Of a stretch of DNA of 64,000 nucleotides, positions 18,787 to 29,871 are shown in pieces. Made by a program: the position numbers and the translations under genes. Every line of letters begins with the position of its first letter. Position 1 is the first letter of the stretch. The DNA comes from Gammaproteobacteria bacterium (GTDB taxonomy: Bacteria; Pseudomonadota; Gammaproteobacteria; VBWC01): assembly GCA_023266115.1 (NCBI GenBank), contig JAHFRU010000002.1, positions 58,228-122,227 of the forward strand, given 5' to 3'. A model generated the notes under the pieces. The model saw only the letters and a program-made list of their open reading frames with translations. It was not told where the DNA came from and did no database searches.

Positions 18787-19092
18787 ATGGCAAAGACATC
18801 GATGGTCAACCGTGAAGTGAAACGTCTGCGGACAGTACGTAAGTACGCAACCAGGCGTGCGGACCTGAAGGAAAAGTTACGGAATCCGAATCTGCCGGTC
18901 GAGGAACGCGACGAGCTGCGGCGCAAGTTTCAGTCACTGCCGCGCGATGCCGGTCCCAGCAGGATGAGAAGCCGTTGCCGCTTGAGCGGCAGATCCCATG
19001 GTTACTATCGAAAATTTGGTCTCGGTCGGAATCAGCTGCGCGAAGCGGCAATGCGCGGAGATTGTCCGGGACTGGTGAAGGCCAGTTGGTAG
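18787..19092 (+). CDS. rpsN: 30S ribosomal protein S14 (long form)
   Basis: 101 aa; [25 protein letters not shown]. Confidence 0.98.
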   Translation: MAKTSMVNREVKRLRTVRKYATRRADLKEKLRNPNLPVEERDELRRKFQSLPRDAGPSRMRSRCRLSGRSHGYYRKFGLGRNQLREAAMRGDCPGLVKASW

Positions 19093-19121
19093 TTCATTAC
19101 TTAAGTTGGTGAATATAGCTT

Positions 19122-19517
19122 ATGAGCATGACTGATCCCATTGCGGATATGTTGACCCGTATCAGGAACGCGCAGATGGTCAAGAAGGCGCGAGTGAGTA
19201 TGCCGTCGTCGACGCTGAAGGTCGCGATTGCCGAAGTGCTTAAGGAAGAAGGCTATATAGGCGAATTCTCGGTCGAGGGCAGCGGTCCGGGTCGTATGCT
19301 GCAAATCGGTCTCAAGTATTATGAGGAAAGACCGGTCATTGAACACATACAGCGTGTGAGCCGCCCTGGACTGCGCATTTATATGAGTAAGGATGAATTG
19401 CCCAAGGTTCAGGGTGGATTGGGTATTGCCATAATCTCGACCCCCAAAGGCGTGATGACAGACCGCTCCGCGCGGGCTGCCGGCCACGGCGGCGAAATAC
19501 TGTGTACCGTTTCTTAA
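19122..19517 (+). CDS. rpsH: 30S ribosomal protein S8
   Basis: [21 protein letters not shown]. Confidence 0.99.
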   Translation: MSMTDPIADMLTRIRNAQMVKKARVSMPSSTLKVAIAEVLKEEGYIGEFSVEGSGPGRMLQIGLKYYEERPVIEHIQRVSRPGLRIYMSKDELPKVQGGLGIAIISTPKGVMTDRSARAAGHGGEILCTVS

Positions 19518-19530
19518 GGATTTTGTAGTT

Positions 19531-20064
19531 ATGGCGCGAACGTCAAATCAGGTTACAACGGTTGCCAAGGGTGTGGACGTGGTGATCGACGGGCAACTTG
19601 TCAGAATCAAGGGGCCGAAGGGTCAGCTGGAGCATATGGTTCACGAGAAGATCGCCGTCGGGCGGCAGGACAGCGTCCTCAACTTCTCCCCGCGTAATAA
19701 AGAGAACGCTGCTGTTGCGCTGGCGGGTACCACGTGCGCGTTGATCAAGAACATGATGCGTGGTGTGAGCGCCGGGTTTGAAAAGAAACTCACGTTGATC
19801 GGCGTCGGATATCGCGCGCAGGCTCAGGGCAAGAAACTCAACCTGACCCTGGGTTTTTCCCACCCGGTGGTTTTTGAAATACCGGATGGTGTAAGCATCG
19901 ATACGCCAAGTCAGACGGAAATCATCGTTAAGGGCATCGATAAACAGCAGGTCGGGCAGGTCGCCGCAACGATACGTGGATATCGCCCGCCTGAGCCGTA
20001 CAAGGGTAAGGGCGTGCGTTACGCGGATGAAAAAATCATCCTGAAAGAAGCGAAGAAGAAATAA
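19531..20064 (+). CDS. rplF: 50S ribosomal protein L6
   Basis: [20 protein letters not shown]. Confidence 0.99.
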   Translation: MARTSNQVTTVAKGVDVVIDGQLVRIKGPKGQLEHMVHEKIAVGRQDSVLNFSPRNKENAAVALAGTTCALIKNMMRGVSAGFEKKLTLIGVGYRAQAQGKKLNLTLGFSHPVVFEIPDGVSIDTPSQTEIIVKGIDKQQVGQVAATIRGYRPPEPYKGKGVRYADEKIILKEAKKK

Positions 20065-20075
20065 GGATAGAAGTC

Positions 20076-20435
20076 GTGGACAACAAGAAGCAATCTCGAA
20101 TTCGTCGTGCGCGCCGCAGTCGCGCCAAAATCCGCGAACTGGGTGCGCATCGCCTGTGTATCTATCGTTCGCCGCGGCATATCTACGCGCAGCTGATCGC
20201 GCCGAACGGTTCAGAGGTGGTGGCGAGCGCCTCCACTCTGGATAAGGAGATACGGCAACAGTTGACCGGTGCAACCGGGAATATCGCAGCGGCGCAGGTC
20301 GTTGGTGCGGCGGTGGCTAAGCGTGCCGCGAAAGCCGGCATCACGAAAATAGCTTTTGATCGTTCCGGGTACAGATATCATGGCCGCATCAAGGCGCTAG
20401 CCGATGCCGCACGTGAAAATGGCTTGCAATTCTAA
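20076..20435 (+). CDS. rplR: 50S ribosomal protein L18
   Basis: [24 protein letters not shown]. Confidence 0.98.
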   Translation: MDNKKQSRIRRARRSRAKIRELGAHRLCIYRSPRHIYAQLIAPNGSEVVASASTLDKEIRQQLTGATGNIAAAQVVGAAVAKRAAKAGITKIAFDRSGYRYHGRIKALADAARENGLQF

Positions 20436-20443
20436 GGATATAG

Positions 20444-20953
20444 ATGATGGTTAGTTTTGATGCGCCGCAGTCGGGGGAAGATCTTCAGGAAAAGCTGGTA
20501 AACGTCAACCGCGTCGCCAAGGTAGTGAAAGGCGGGCGGCTGTTTGGCTTCACGGCGCTGGCCGTTGTCGGCGACGGGAACGGCAGAATCGGTTTTGGTC
20601 GTGGCAAGGCGCGCGAAGTGCCGGCGGCGATCCAGAAAGCGCTGGAGCAGGCGCGCCGTAACATTATCAGTGTGCCGCTGAAAGAGGGGACGTTGCAGTA
20701 TCCGATCAAGTCGTCCCACGGTGCGGCGACTGTTTTCATGCAGCCGGCGTCGTCTGGTACGGGCATTATCGCCGGTGGCGCGATGCGGGCCGTCTTTGAG
20801 GTTATGGGTGTACGTGATGTGCTGGCCAAATGCATAGGCAGCCGCAACCCGGTGAACGTCGTGCGTGCCACGGTTCGTGGCCTGAAGGGTATGACGGACC
20901 CGGAGCGGGTGGCCGCCAAACGCGGTAAAACGGTTAAAGAAATTCTGGGGTAG
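20444..20953 (+). CDS. rpsE: 30S ribosomal protein S5
   Basis: [19 protein letters not shown]. Confidence 0.99.
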   Translation: MMVSFDAPQSGEDLQEKLVNVNRVAKVVKGGRLFGFTALAVVGDGNGRIGFGRGKAREVPAAIQKALEQARRNIISVPLKEGTLQYPIKSSHGAATVFMQPASSGTGIIAGGAMRAVFEVMGVRDVLAKCIGSRNPVNVVRATVRGLKGMTDPERVAAKRGKTVKEILG

Positions 20954-20956
20954 AAG

Positions 20957-21145
20957 ATGGCCGGCAACTCTAAAATCAAAGTGACATTGACGCGCAGTTT
21001 TCATGGGCGGCTGGCATCGCATAAGGCGTGCGTCAGGGGCCTCGGTTTACGTCGAATTAACCATACTGTCGAGGTGATCGACACGCCGGCGGTGCGCGGG
21101 ATGATTATCAAGATTGCCTATATGGTCAGCGTTAAGGAAGGTTAA
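20957..21145 (+). CDS. rpmD: 50S ribosomal protein L30
   Basis: [19 protein letters not shown]; synteny. Confidence 0.97.
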   Translation: MAGNSKIKVTLTRSFHGRLASHKACVRGLGLRRINHTVEVIDTPAVRGMIIKIAYMVSVKEG

Positions 21146-21147
21146 CC

Positions 21148-21582
21148 ATGCGTCTCAACTCACTCAGGCCCGCGAAGGGCAGCAAGCAGGTAAGGCGGCG
21201 CCCAGGTCGTGGTATCGGATCCGGGCTAGGCAAAACCGGCGGACGTGGTCACAAGGGTCAAACCTCTCGTGCTGGCGGGTATCACAAGGTCGGATTCGAA
21301 GGCGGTCAGATGCCTCTGCAGCGCCGCCTGCCGAAGATCGGTTTCGTGTCACGTCGCGCCAAACGGACCGAAGAGGTTCGTTTAACGGAATTGTCCAAGG
21401 TTGCGGGCGACGTGGTGACCCTGGAGGCACTGCGTTCCGCAGGCGTCATCGGCCAGCAGGTGACGCGCGCCAAGGTGATAGCGTCGGGCAAGGTGTCGAA
21501 GGCGGTCACGCTGCAAGGCGTGGCGGTTACAAAAGGCGCCCGTGCAGCCATTGAAGCGGCCGGCGGACGGATTGAGGAATAA
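21148..21582 (+). CDS. rplO: 50S ribosomal protein L15
   Basis: [26 protein letters not shown]. Confidence 0.99.
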   Translation: MRLNSLRPAKGSKQVRRRPGRGIGSGLGKTGGRGHKGQTSRAGGYHKVGFEGGQMPLQRRLPKIGFVSRRAKRTEEVRLTELSKVAGDVVTLEALRSAGVIGQQVTRAKVIASGKVSKAVTLQGVAVTKGARAAIEAAGGRIEE

Positions 21583-22938
21583 GTGGCCGCATCCAGATCA
21601 GCGCTAGCGGCAAGTCTGGCGGGTTCAGGCAGTTTTCATGAGCTGAAAGGCCGTTTGCTGTTTGTGCTGGGTGCGCTGATCGTTTTCCGCGTCGGAGCGC
21701 ACATTCCTGTTCCGGGGATTGATCCTGTCGCATTGCAGGCCTTGTTTGAACAGCAGCGCGGCACGATTCTCGACATGTTCAACATGTTTTCCGGCGGGGC
21801 GCTCGGGCGTTTGACGGTATTTGCTCTGGGAGTCATGCCGTATATCTCGGCATCTATCATCATGCAATTGCTGACGGTAGTATCGCCGACGCTCGAGCAG
21901 ATGAAGAAGGAAGGCGAGGCTGGACGCCGCAAGATTACTCAGTACACCCGCTATGGCACGGTGTTTCTGGCGATGTTCCAGGCGATTGGCATATCGATTG
22001 CCCTGGAAAGCATGCGGGCCGGTAGCCTGCCGGTCGTGATTGAGCCGGGCATCGGCTTCAGGTTTATCGCAGCGGTCACGCTTGTCACGGGCACGATGTT
22101 TTTGATGTGGCTTGGTGAGCAGGTGACCGAGCGTGGTATTGGTAATGGCATTTCGCTGATCATCTTTTCCGGTATCGTAGCAGGATTGCCCGCGGCGATC
22201 GGCGGCACACTGGAACTCGCCAGCACCGGGGAGTTGAACTGGCTGACCGTGCTTGTTCTTCTGGCGCTGGCCAGTGGCGTGACTTGGTTCGTCGTATTCG
22301 TGGAACGCGGCCAACGACGTATCACGGTGAACTATGCGAAGCGGCAGCAGGGTCGCCGTATCTACGCCGGGCAATCGAGTCATTTGCCGCTCAAGATCAA
22401 CATGGCAGGTGTGATTCCGCCGATCTTCGCCTCGAGTATCATCCTGTTTCCCAGCACGCTGGGAAGCTGGTTCGGACAGGCTGAGGGTTTGGGGTGGCTG
22501 AGCGACCTCGCGTCGACATTGTCGCCGGGCCAGCCGGTTTACGTTATTTTTTACGCGATTGCGATTATATTTTTCTGTTTTTTCTACACCGCCCTCGTAT
22601 TTAATCCGAAGGATACGGCGGAGAACCTGAAAAAGTCCGGGGCGTTCATTCCGGGTATACGGCCGGGCGAGCAGACGACCCGCTATATTGATTCCGTCAT
22701 GACACGGCTGACCGCAGCAGGCGCCATATATATAACAGGGGTATGTCTGTTGCCGGAGTTTCTAATTGTTTACTGGAATGTCCCGTTTTACTTCGGCGGA
22801 ACATCGTTGCTGATCATCGTGGTGGTCGTCATGGATTTTATGAGCCAGGTTCAGGCGCACCTGATGTCACACCAGTATGAAGGGCTGCTGAAAAAGGCGA
22901 ACCTGAAAGGTCACGGCAGGTCAGGCCTGATGCGCTGA
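21583..22938 (+). CDS. secY: Preprotein translocase subunit SecY
   Basis: [37 protein letters not shown]; multiple TM segments. Confidence 0.99.
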   Translation: MAASRSALAASLAGSGSFHELKGRLLFVLGALIVFRVGAHIPVPGIDPVALQALFEQQRGTILDMFNMFSGGALGRLTVFALGVMPYISASIIMQLLTVVSPTLEQMKKEGEAGRRKITQYTRYGTVFLAMFQAIGISIALESMRAGSLPVVIEPGIGFRFIAAVTLVTGTMFLMWLGEQVTERGIGNGISLIIFSGIVAGLPAAIGGTLELASTGELNWLTVLVLLALASGVTWFVVFVERGQRRITVNYAKRQQGRRIYAGQSSHLPLKINMAGVIPPIFASSIILFPSTLGSWFGQAEGLGWLSDLASTLSPGQPVYVIFYAIAIIFFCFFYTALVFNPKDTAENLKKSGAFIPGIRPGEQTTRYIDSVMTRLTAAGAIYITGVCLLPEFLIVYWNVPFYFGGTSLLIIVVVVMDFMSQVQAHLMSHQYEGLLKKANLKGHGRSGLMR

Positions 22939-22965
22939 AAATTAATTCGTTAGTGGAGAAATATC

Positions 22966-23079
22966 ATGAAAGTTCGTGCATCGGTGAAGAAAATATGCCG
23001 GAATTGCAAAGTTATTCGTCGCGGCGGTGTGGTGCGGGTCATATGCTCGAACGGTCGGCACAAGCAGCGCCAGGGCTAG
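22966..23079 (+). CDS. rpmJ: 50S ribosomal protein L36 (zinc-ribbon form), absent from the ORF track
   Basis: Manual translation [37 protein letters not shown]; GGAG SD upstream. Confidence 0.98.
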   Translation: MKVRASVKKICRNCKVIRRGGVVRVICSNGRHKQRQG

Positions 23080-23101
23080 GCGCCGGATTTCGGGGTTTTG
23101 A

Positions 23102-23131
23102 TTGATTTTGGCGTGTGGCACAGTATAAAAT
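23102..23131 (+). promoter_or_regulatory. Putative alpha-operon sigma70 promoter
   Basis: TTGATT (23102-23107) with TATAAA/TAAAAT at 16-18 bp spacing, upstream of rpsM. Confidence 0.5.
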
Positions 23132-23174
23132 CGCCTATTTTTCAGTTAGGTCGGTGATCTAGAGGATAGTCTTG

Positions 23175-23531
23175 ATGGCACGTATAGTTGGCGTAAATAT
23201 ACCGGTAAACAAGCACGCGGAAATCGCGTTGACGTCGATTTACGGCGTCGGTCGGTCGCGCGCGCGTCAAATTTGTTCAGCGGCCGGTGTTAGTCCCGCC
23301 GCCAAGATCAAGGACCTTTCCGAAGGCGAAATCGAAGGCCTGCGTACCGAGGTCGCCAGGTTTCGCGTCGAAGGTGATTTGCGCCGCGAGATCTCGATGA
23401 ATATTAAGCGTTTGATGGATCTTGGCGCCTATCGCGGGTTGCGTCATCGGCGCGGTCTGCCAGTGCGCGGTCAGCGCACCCGAACCAACGCGCGTACCCG
23501 CAAGGGTCCGCCCAAGGCCATTAGAAAATAA
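23175..23531 (+). CDS. rpsM: 30S ribosomal protein S13
   Basis: [26 protein letters not shown]. Confidence 0.99.
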   Translation: MARIVGVNIPVNKHAEIALTSIYGVGRSRARQICSAAGVSPAAKIKDLSEGEIEGLRTEVARFRVEGDLRREISMNIKRLMDLGAYRGLRHRRGLPVRGQRTRTNARTRKGPPKAIRK

Positions 23532-23550
23532 CCGGAGTGTATGAACTAGT

Positions 23551-23940
23551 ATGGCGAAGGTAAGCACACGGCCCCGCAAGCGGGTCAAGAAGAGCGTTTC
23601 GGATGCGATAGCGCATATCTACTCGACGTTTAACAATACGATCGTCACGATCACCGACCGCCAGGGAAACACCCTGGGCTGGGCGACGTCGGGGGGGTCC
23701 GGATTCCGTGGCTCACGCAAGAGCACGCCTTTTGCGGCGCAGGTAGCGGCCGAGACCGCGGCCCGTGCTGTCAAGGAATTCGGTGTAACGAATCTTGATG
23801 TACTGGTCAAGGGTCCGGGGCCGGGCCGTGATTCTGCCGTGCGAGCGCTGCATTCGTCCGGACTTAAAATCAATTCGATCAGTGACACGACGCCGATTCC
23901 GCATAACGGATGTCGCCCCCCCAAGAGACGCAGGGTTTAA
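23551..23940 (+). CDS. rpsK: 30S ribosomal protein S11
   Basis: [26 protein letters not shown]. Confidence 0.99.
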   Translation: MAKVSTRPRKRVKKSVSDAIAHIYSTFNNTIVTITDRQGNTLGWATSGGSGFRGSRKSTPFAAQVAAETAARAVKEFGVTNLDVLVKGPGPGRDSAVRALHSSGLKINSISDTTPIPHNGCRPPKRRRV

Positions 23941-23956
23941 GAACGGAGTGTAATAC

Positions 23957-24583
23957 GTGGCAAAGTATATTGGATCCAAATGTCGTTTGTGCCGTCGTCA
24001 GGGCCAGAAACTCTTTCTGAAGGGCGAAAAGTGCTATACATCGAAATGCGCGGTCGAGAACAGAAGTTTCCCGCCGGGCCAACACGGCCAGAGACGCACC
24101 CGCATTACCGATTACGGAACCCAGTTGCGCGAAAAGCAGAAATTGCGCTGGATTTATGGCGTTCTTGAGCGTCAGTTTCGCCGTTATTACAAAGAGGCAT
24201 CGCGGCGTAAAGGGGCCACCGGTGAGGCGTTGTTGCAACTTCTTGAGGGGCGGCTCGACAACGTCGTCTACCGGATGGGGTTTGGCGCGTCGCGGACGGA
24301 AGCTCGGCAGCTCGTACGGCATAACGGGGTGACGGTAAATGCCAGGAAGGTAAATATTCCGAGTTACCAGGTGACGCCGAACGACGTGATCGCCGTTTCC
24401 GAGCACGCGAAGCAGCAATTACGCGTCAAGGCTGCGGTGCAGGTCGCGCAGCAGCGAGATGTCGTTGACTGGATCGAGATGGATTTTGAAAAAATGCAGG
24501 GTATTTTCAAGACGCGTCCGGAGCGCAGCGATCTGCCCGCAGAGATCAACGAGCACTTGGTTGTTGAGTTGTATTCGAAATAA
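23957..24583 (+). CDS. rpsD: 30S ribosomal protein S4, four-Cys (C+) form
   Basis: [33 protein letters not shown]; Cys9/12/26/31. Confidence 0.99.
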   Translation: MAKYIGSKCRLCRRQGQKLFLKGEKCYTSKCAVENRSFPPGQHGQRRTRITDYGTQLREKQKLRWIYGVLERQFRRYYKEASRRKGATGEALLQLLEGRLDNVVYRMGFGASRTEARQLVRHNGVTVNARKVNIPSYQVTPNDVIAVSEHAKQQLRVKAAVQVAQQRDVVDWIEMDFEKMQGIFKTRPERSDLPAEINEHLVVELYSK

Positions 24584-24651
24584 GTCAGTAATTGGCGTCA
24601 GCATCATGATCTGATGCGATCGGTTACCAGTCCTGACAGAGAGGATTTTTC

Positions 24652-25656
24652 ATGACGCGCAAAGTAACAGAGTTTTTGAAGCCACGAATTGTTGATCTGC
24701 AGATATTCAGCAATTCCCATGCAAAGGTAACGCTGGAGCCTTTGGAACGCGGTTTTGGCCACACGCTGGGCAACGCATTACGGCGCATTTTGCTGTCGTC
24801 GATGCCGGGCAGTGCCGTGACCGAGGTCGAGATAAACGGCGTGCTTCACGAGTACACGACGATTGAGGGTGTCCAGGAGGACGTTATCGATGTCGTATTA
24901 AATTTGAAGGGACTCGCGTTTATTTTGCACGACCGCGATTCGGTGTCCTTGACGCTTAAGAAGAAGGGGCCGGGCCCGGTGCGCGCGAGCGACATTGAAC
25001 TCACCCATGATATCGAACTTGTCAATCCTGAACATTTGATTGCCAACCTGACCAATTCGGGCGAGTTGAACATGACCCTGAAGGTGGAGAAGGGGCGTGG
25101 TTATCAGCCGGCGAGTGTTCGTGAGGACAGTGAGCAGGAGCGTCCTATAGGCGTCCTGCAGCTCGATGCCTCGTTCAGCCCGGTTTCGCGAGTTTCGTAT
25201 GTAGTCGAGAGCGCGCGCGTCGAGCAGCGTACCGACCTCGACAAGCTGGTGATAGACCTCGTGACCAACGGCACCATCGAGCCGGAAGAAGCGATACGCC
25301 GCGCGGCCACGATTCTTAAGGACCAGCTCACGGTATTTGTCGACCTGCAAAGCAAGGATGAAACCTTGCCGGCGCGTCCGGAACAGGAGATCGACCCAAT
25401 TCTGCTGCGCCCGGTGGACGACCTCGAACTGACCGTGCGGTCGGCGAATTGTCTGAAGGCGGAAAATATCTATTACATCGGTGATCTGATCCAGCGTACC
25501 GAAGTCGAGTTGTTGAAGACCCCTAATCTGGGCAAAAAGTCACTGACAGAAATCAAGGACGTGCTCGCGACCAACGGCCTGTCGCTGGGGATGCGGCTGG
25601 AGAACTGGCCGCCCCCCGGTTTGAAGGCGCCGGAAGAAGAGAAAGCAACTGCCTGA
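24652..25656 (+). CDS. rpoA: RNA polymerase alpha subunit
   Basis: [35 protein letters not shown]. Confidence 0.99.
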   Translation: MTRKVTEFLKPRIVDLQIFSNSHAKVTLEPLERGFGHTLGNALRRILLSSMPGSAVTEVEINGVLHEYTTIEGVQEDVIDVVLNLKGLAFILHDRDSVSLTLKKKGPGPVRASDIELTHDIELVNPEHLIANLTNSGELNMTLKVEKGRGYQPASVREDSEQERPIGVLQLDASFSPVSRVSYVVESARVEQRTDLDKLVIDLVTNGTIEPEEAIRRAATILKDQLTVFVDLQSKDETLPARPEQEIDPILLRPVDDLELTVRSANCLKAENIYYIGDLIQRTEVELLKTPNLGKKSLTEIKDVLATNGLSLGMRLENWPPPGLKAPEEEKATA

Positions 25657-25684
25657 TCGAGTAGGGTAAACCGGAGTTTAAGAA

Positions 25685-26080
25685 ATGCGTCATCGTAACA
25701 GTGGCCGACAACTGAGCCGCAACAGCAGTCACCGCAAGGCCATGTTCAGGAACATGGCTACATCGTTGCTGAAACATGAGATCATCCGCACCACGGTGCC
25801 GAAGGCGAAGGAGTTGCGTCGTGTGGCGGAACCCCTCATTACGCTGGCCAAGAACGACAGCGTAGCGAAGCGTCGTCTCGCCTATAGCAGATTGCGCGAC
25901 CGCGAGATCGTCACTAAATTGTTCAGTGAGTTGGGGCCGCGCTACAAGGCACGTCCCGGCGGCTATCTGCGGATACTGAAGACCGGTTTCCGGGTCGGTG
26001 ATAACGCGCCGATGGCGATTGTCGAGTTGGTTGATCGTCCGCAACCCGGCTCGGCCGGCGAGGAATCCTCCGCGGAGTAG
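25685..26080 (+). CDS. rplQ: 50S ribosomal protein L17
   Basis: [22 protein letters not shown]. Confidence 0.99.
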   Translation: MRHRNSGRQLSRNSSHRKAMFRNMATSLLKHEIIRTTVPKAKELRRVAEPLITLAKNDSVAKRRLAYSRLRDREIVTKLFSELGPRYKARPGGYLRILKTGFRVGDNAPMAIVELVDRPQPGSAGEESSAE

Positions 26081-26097
26081 ACGGAATAGCCGAATAG

Positions 26098-26128
26098 AAA
26101 AACCGGGCATCTGCCCGGTTTTTTATTT
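26098..26128 (+). terminator. Rho-independent terminator ending the alpha operon
   Basis: AAAAACCGGGCA-TC-TGCCCGGTTTTT followed by TATTT. Confidence 0.9.
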
Positions 26129-26192
26129 GAGTCTACCTGCTCATGGTCGATACGCGAATGACCATCGAACGCCGGCCGCCGTTTGGCAACAG

Positions 26193-26963
26193 ATGCTGGT
26201 GATATATACAGACTTCGGCATTGGCCCGTATACGGGGCAGGTCAAGGCCGTATTGTGTCGTCAGGCGCCCGGCGTCCCGGTCATTGACCTGGCTTGCGAC
26301 GCGCCATCATGTAATCCGCAGGCGTCTGCCTATCTGCTTGCTGCGTTACTGGAACCCATCCCCCAGGATGCGGTTGTTCTGGGAGTCGTGGACCCCGGCG
26401 TCGGTAACGACCATCGCAAACCCGTCATCGTTAACGTTGATGGCCGCTGGTTCGTCGGGCCGGACAACGGGCTGTTCAGTGTCGTCGCGATGCGCGGTCG
26501 GGAGCTGAATTGCTGGGACGTCGAGTGGTTGCCAGCGCATCTGTCAGCCAGCTTTCATGGCCGCGATCTTTTCGCACCGCTTGCCGCTCGGCTCGCCCGC
26601 GGTGGTGATCCCCCGGGACAGGAGCGCCGACCGGCAGATTTGGTGGGCAATGACTGGCCCGCAGATCTTCATCAGATCATTTACATCGACTATTTTGGAA
26701 ACGCGGTGACGGGAGTTCGCGCATCCAGTGTGGCGGCCGGCGCGCGCGTCAGCGTTGGTGGCATTACGCTGCCGCGGGCATGCACTTTTTCAGACGTGCC
26801 AGCGGGTGGCGGATTCTGTTATAAGAACGCCTTCGGGTTGCTTGAAATTGCCGTTAATTGCGGGCGGGCAGACGCCGTGTTCAGCGTCGGAATCGGGGAC
26901 GCGGTCGATGTTATGGACCAGGGCCAAGTAGCTTGTTCCGCAAAGTCATCGCGCAACGAGTGA
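26193..26963 (+). CDS. SAM hydrolase / SAM-dependent halogenase family protein (DUF62)
   Basis: TDFG, VVDPGVG, GPDNG, SFHGRDLFAP, DYFGN, GLLEIAVN motifs; ATG at 26193 lies downstream of the terminator. Confidence 0.9.
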   Translation: MLVIYTDFGIGPYTGQVKAVLCRQAPGVPVIDLACDAPSCNPQASAYLLAALLEPIPQDAVVLGVVDPGVGNDHRKPVIVNVDGRWFVGPDNGLFSVVAMRGRELNCWDVEWLPAHLSASFHGRDLFAPLAARLARGGDPPGQERRPADLVGNDWPADLHQIIYIDYFGNAVTGVRASSVAAGARVSVGGITLPRACTFSDVPAGGGFCYKNAFGLLEIAVNCGRADAVFSVGIGDAVDVMDQGQVACSAKSSRNE

Positions 26964-27030
26964 CGGCTGGTTTGTCGTGCCAGCAAACGCACACTATGCA
27001 ACGTACTGGAAACGCGACGGTAACACCGCT

Positions 27031-28235
27031 ATGACCAATGTATTCGCCAAGTGGTACCGAAAGTATTTCTCTGATCCGGAGAGCGTTATCCTGGCGGTAC
27101 TGCTGCTGGCCGGGCTCGCCGTGGTTGTTTTCATGGGCGATATGCTGGCGCCTGTGCTGGCCGCTGCGATTGTCGCCTACCTCCTTGAAGGGCTGGTGCA
27201 CATGCTCGAGCGTTATGGCGCGCCGCGATTCCCGACCGTCATGGTTGTGTTCGTGATATTTCTGGCGTTCTTGCTGGTCGTCACGTTCGGCTTTATTCCG
27301 TTGTTGTCGCGGCAGTTGACGCAGTTGGTACACGAACTGCCAAACATGATTGCGCAGGGGCAGCAGGCGCTGCTGCGGCTTCCCGAACTCTATCCGAACT
27401 TTGTTTCGGAGGATCAGGTAAAGGAACTGTCGGTGGCGATCCGGACTGCTGTCGGGTCGTTGGGACAGCGCGTCGCGTCGTTATCGCTGGCCTCTATCGC
27501 CGGGTTATTTGCGTTGCTGGTTTATCTGGTACTGGTGCCGGTACTCGTATTCTTTTTTCTCAAGGACAAGGCGCAGATATTTCAGTGGCTGGGCGGCGTT
27601 TTGCCCCGTGAGCGCAAACTCGCGATGCGGCTATGGAATGAAATGAGAATCTGCAGATCGGTAATTACGTCCGCGGAAAGTTTACCGAGATACTGATTGT
27701 TGGCAGTGTGAGTTATCTAGTCTTCGTGCTGATGGGGCTGAATTTCGCCATGTTGCTCGGCGCGCTGGTGGGGCTCTCGGTCATTATTCCGTATATCGGC
27801 GCTGCCGTAGTCACGGTACCGGTCGCGTTGATCGCGTATTTTCAATGGGGATGGAGTGCTGATCTGGCGTGTTTGATGGTTGCCTACGGCATTATCCAGG
27901 CGCTTGATGGCAACGTGCTGGTGCCATTGCTGTTCTTAGAGGCGGTGAATCTTCACCCCGTCGCGATCATCGTGGCAGTGCTGGTGTTCGGCGGTGTCTG
28001 GGGTTTCTGGGGGGTGTTTTTTGCGATACCGCTCGCGACGCTGGTCAAGGCGATCCTGAATTCATGGCCCAGGGTTGAGGATGCCGTGGCGGACGCGACG
28101 ACCTGGCGTCGTACGGCTGGCACGTGTGTCACGCGGGGATCTGCTGCACGCAGGTCAGCTTTACAGCCCCTTGGCCGCCGCGAGCACTTCGTCTACATGC
28201 CCGGCGACCTTGACCTTGCGCCATTCGTTGCGTAG
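27031..28235 (+). pseudogene. AI-2E family (PerM-like) transporter, split by a frameshift at about 27646-27650
   Basis: Two hydrophobic ORFs join via WNEM|[18 protein letters not shown]; [23 protein letters not shown] motifs. Confidence 0.8.
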
Positions 28236-28628
28236 CACGCCTTTTCCATCGATCAGGAAGGTGCTGCGTTCAATGCCGATGACCTGCTTGCCATACATGT
28301 TCTTCGGTTTGATGACGTCAAATATCCTGCAGGCGGTTTCATCGGCGTCGGAAAGCAGATCGAACGGAAATTCCTGCCGGCCCTTGAAGTTCTCGTGCGA
28401 CTTGATGGTATCGCGGGATATCCCCAATACGACGGTGTTGGCACGCCGGAACCTGGCGTGATTATCACGAAATCCCTGTCCCTCCAGCGTGCATCCGGGC
28501 GTGTTGTCCTTCGGGTAGAAATACAGCACAACATTGTGTCCCTTGAGCGCCGATAGCCTGACCTTCTTGTCGCCGGTAGCCGGTAGCTCAAAGTCTGGGA
28601 CGGGTTTGCCGGTGGTTGCTGTCGTCAT
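28161..28628 (-). CDS. bcp: Peroxiredoxin, BCP/PrxQ type
   Basis: [25 protein letters not shown]; GGAG SD upstream. Confidence 0.93.
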   Translation of the reverse strand: MTTATTGKPVPDFELPATGDKKVRLSALKGHNVVLYFYPKDNTPGCTLEGQGFRDNHARFRRANTVVLGISRDTIKSHENFKGRQEFPFDLLSDADETACRIFDVIKPKNMYGKQVIGIERSTFLIDGKGVLRNEWRKVKVAGHVDEVLAAAKGL

Positions 28629-28995
28629 GGTTTGATCTCCTGGGCCTGCGTGACTGTTTACGGCATGTTGCCGGCGGTGCCGCCGCTGCTGTTTCGATTA
28701 TGTAATAGTATCGCGCTGCGATTTCGCTAACGCCAGCGCTGCCGCCAGATTCATCCCCTCACAAAGCTTCATGAATTGATGAAGCCGAGCGGGGATCGTT
28801 AATCGGCGGGACTAGTTAACCGGTTACCTCAAACGCGCCCATCGGTGCCGCGCTGCCTTCCAGCGGTTAATTCGCGGCAGGCTACGCGGATCGGTGTACG
28901 AGCGAAAAAACCAGCGAATTGCCGCCGGTTGACGTCCTTGTTTTCAGGACGGCCCCTGCGTAACATGAAGCCGTTTTCTTTAGCGGAGAGTATCC

Positions 28996-29871
28996 ATGTT
29001 TCACGGCAGTATCGTGGCGTTGGTGACGCCCATGCACGCTGATGGCGCGGTTGATCACGAAAGCCTCGAAAAACTCGTCGAATTTCATGTCAATAATGGC
29101 ACCGACGGGATCGTCGCCATGGGTACCACCGGCGAAAGCGCGACGTTTGACGAAAAGGAACACTGCGGCGTCATTCGTGATGTCGTCCGGATGGTGCGTG
29201 GGCGCATTCCGGTAATCGCCGGCACCGGGGCAAATTCAACACGTGAGGCGATTGATCTGACGCGCTGCGGCATGCAGGGAGGCGCGGACGCCTGTCTGCT
29301 GGTGACTCCGTATTACAACAAGCCGACGCAAGAAGGGCTGTTCCTCCATCACAAGCGGGTGGCCGAAACGGTGCCGATTCCGCAGATTCTCTACAACGTA
29401 CCGGGACGCACCTGTTGTGACATGTTGCCGGAAACGGTGGAGCGTCTGTCATCTATTCCCAATATCGTTGGCATCAAGGAGGCCACCGGTGATCTCGATC
29501 GTGCGCGCGAGATACTGAAGCGTTGCGGTGACCGGCTGGATCTTTACAGCGGTGACGATGCGACCGCGATGGAATTTATTTTTCTGGGGGGCAAGGGCGA
29601 TATCTCGGTGACGGCGAATGTTGCACCCGCGGCGATGCACGCGATGTGTGCCGCGGCACTGGCGGGTGATCGGAGCAAGGCTGAGGAAATTAACGGTGGC
29701 ATCGCCGAGCTGCATAAGGTCTTGTTCGTCGAGTCCAATCCGATTCCGGTGAAATGGGCGCTCCACGAAATGGGGTTGATACCGCCCGGCATACGCCTGC
29801 CGTTGACCCCGCTCGCAGTCCGGTACCACGACCCGGTGCGAAAAGCCTTGAAAAATGCAGGTGCGCTCTGA
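28996..29871 (+). CDS. dapA: 4-hydroxy-tetrahydrodipicolinate synthase
   Basis: [36 protein letters not shown]. Confidence 0.98.
   Translation: MFHGSIVALVTPMHADGAVDHESLEKLVEFHVNNGTDGIVAMGTTGESATFDEKEHCGVIRDVVRMVRGRIPVIAGTGANSTREAIDLTRCGMQGGADACLLVTPYYNKPTQEGLFLHHKRVAETVPIPQILYNVPGRTCCDMLPETVERLSSIPNIVGIKEATGDLDRAREILKRCGDRLDLYSGDDATAMEFIFLGGKGDISVTANVAPAAMHAMCAAALAGDRSKAEEINGGIAELHKVLFVESNPIPVKWALHEMGLIPPGIRLPLTPLAVRYHDPVRKALKNAGAL

Noticed and set aside
25998-26192. 65-aa N-terminal extension of the DUF62 ORF
   Set aside because: Overlaps rplQ and crosses the terminator; family similarity starts at ATG 26193
26193-26963. Calling the DUF62 gene a fluorinase or chlorinase
   Set aside because: FHGRD motif and housekeeping context fit the hydrolase branch; no biosynthetic cluster nearby
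28780-28995. Lysine riboswitch upstream of dapA
   Set aside because: No AGAGGNGC or other L-box conserved segments visible
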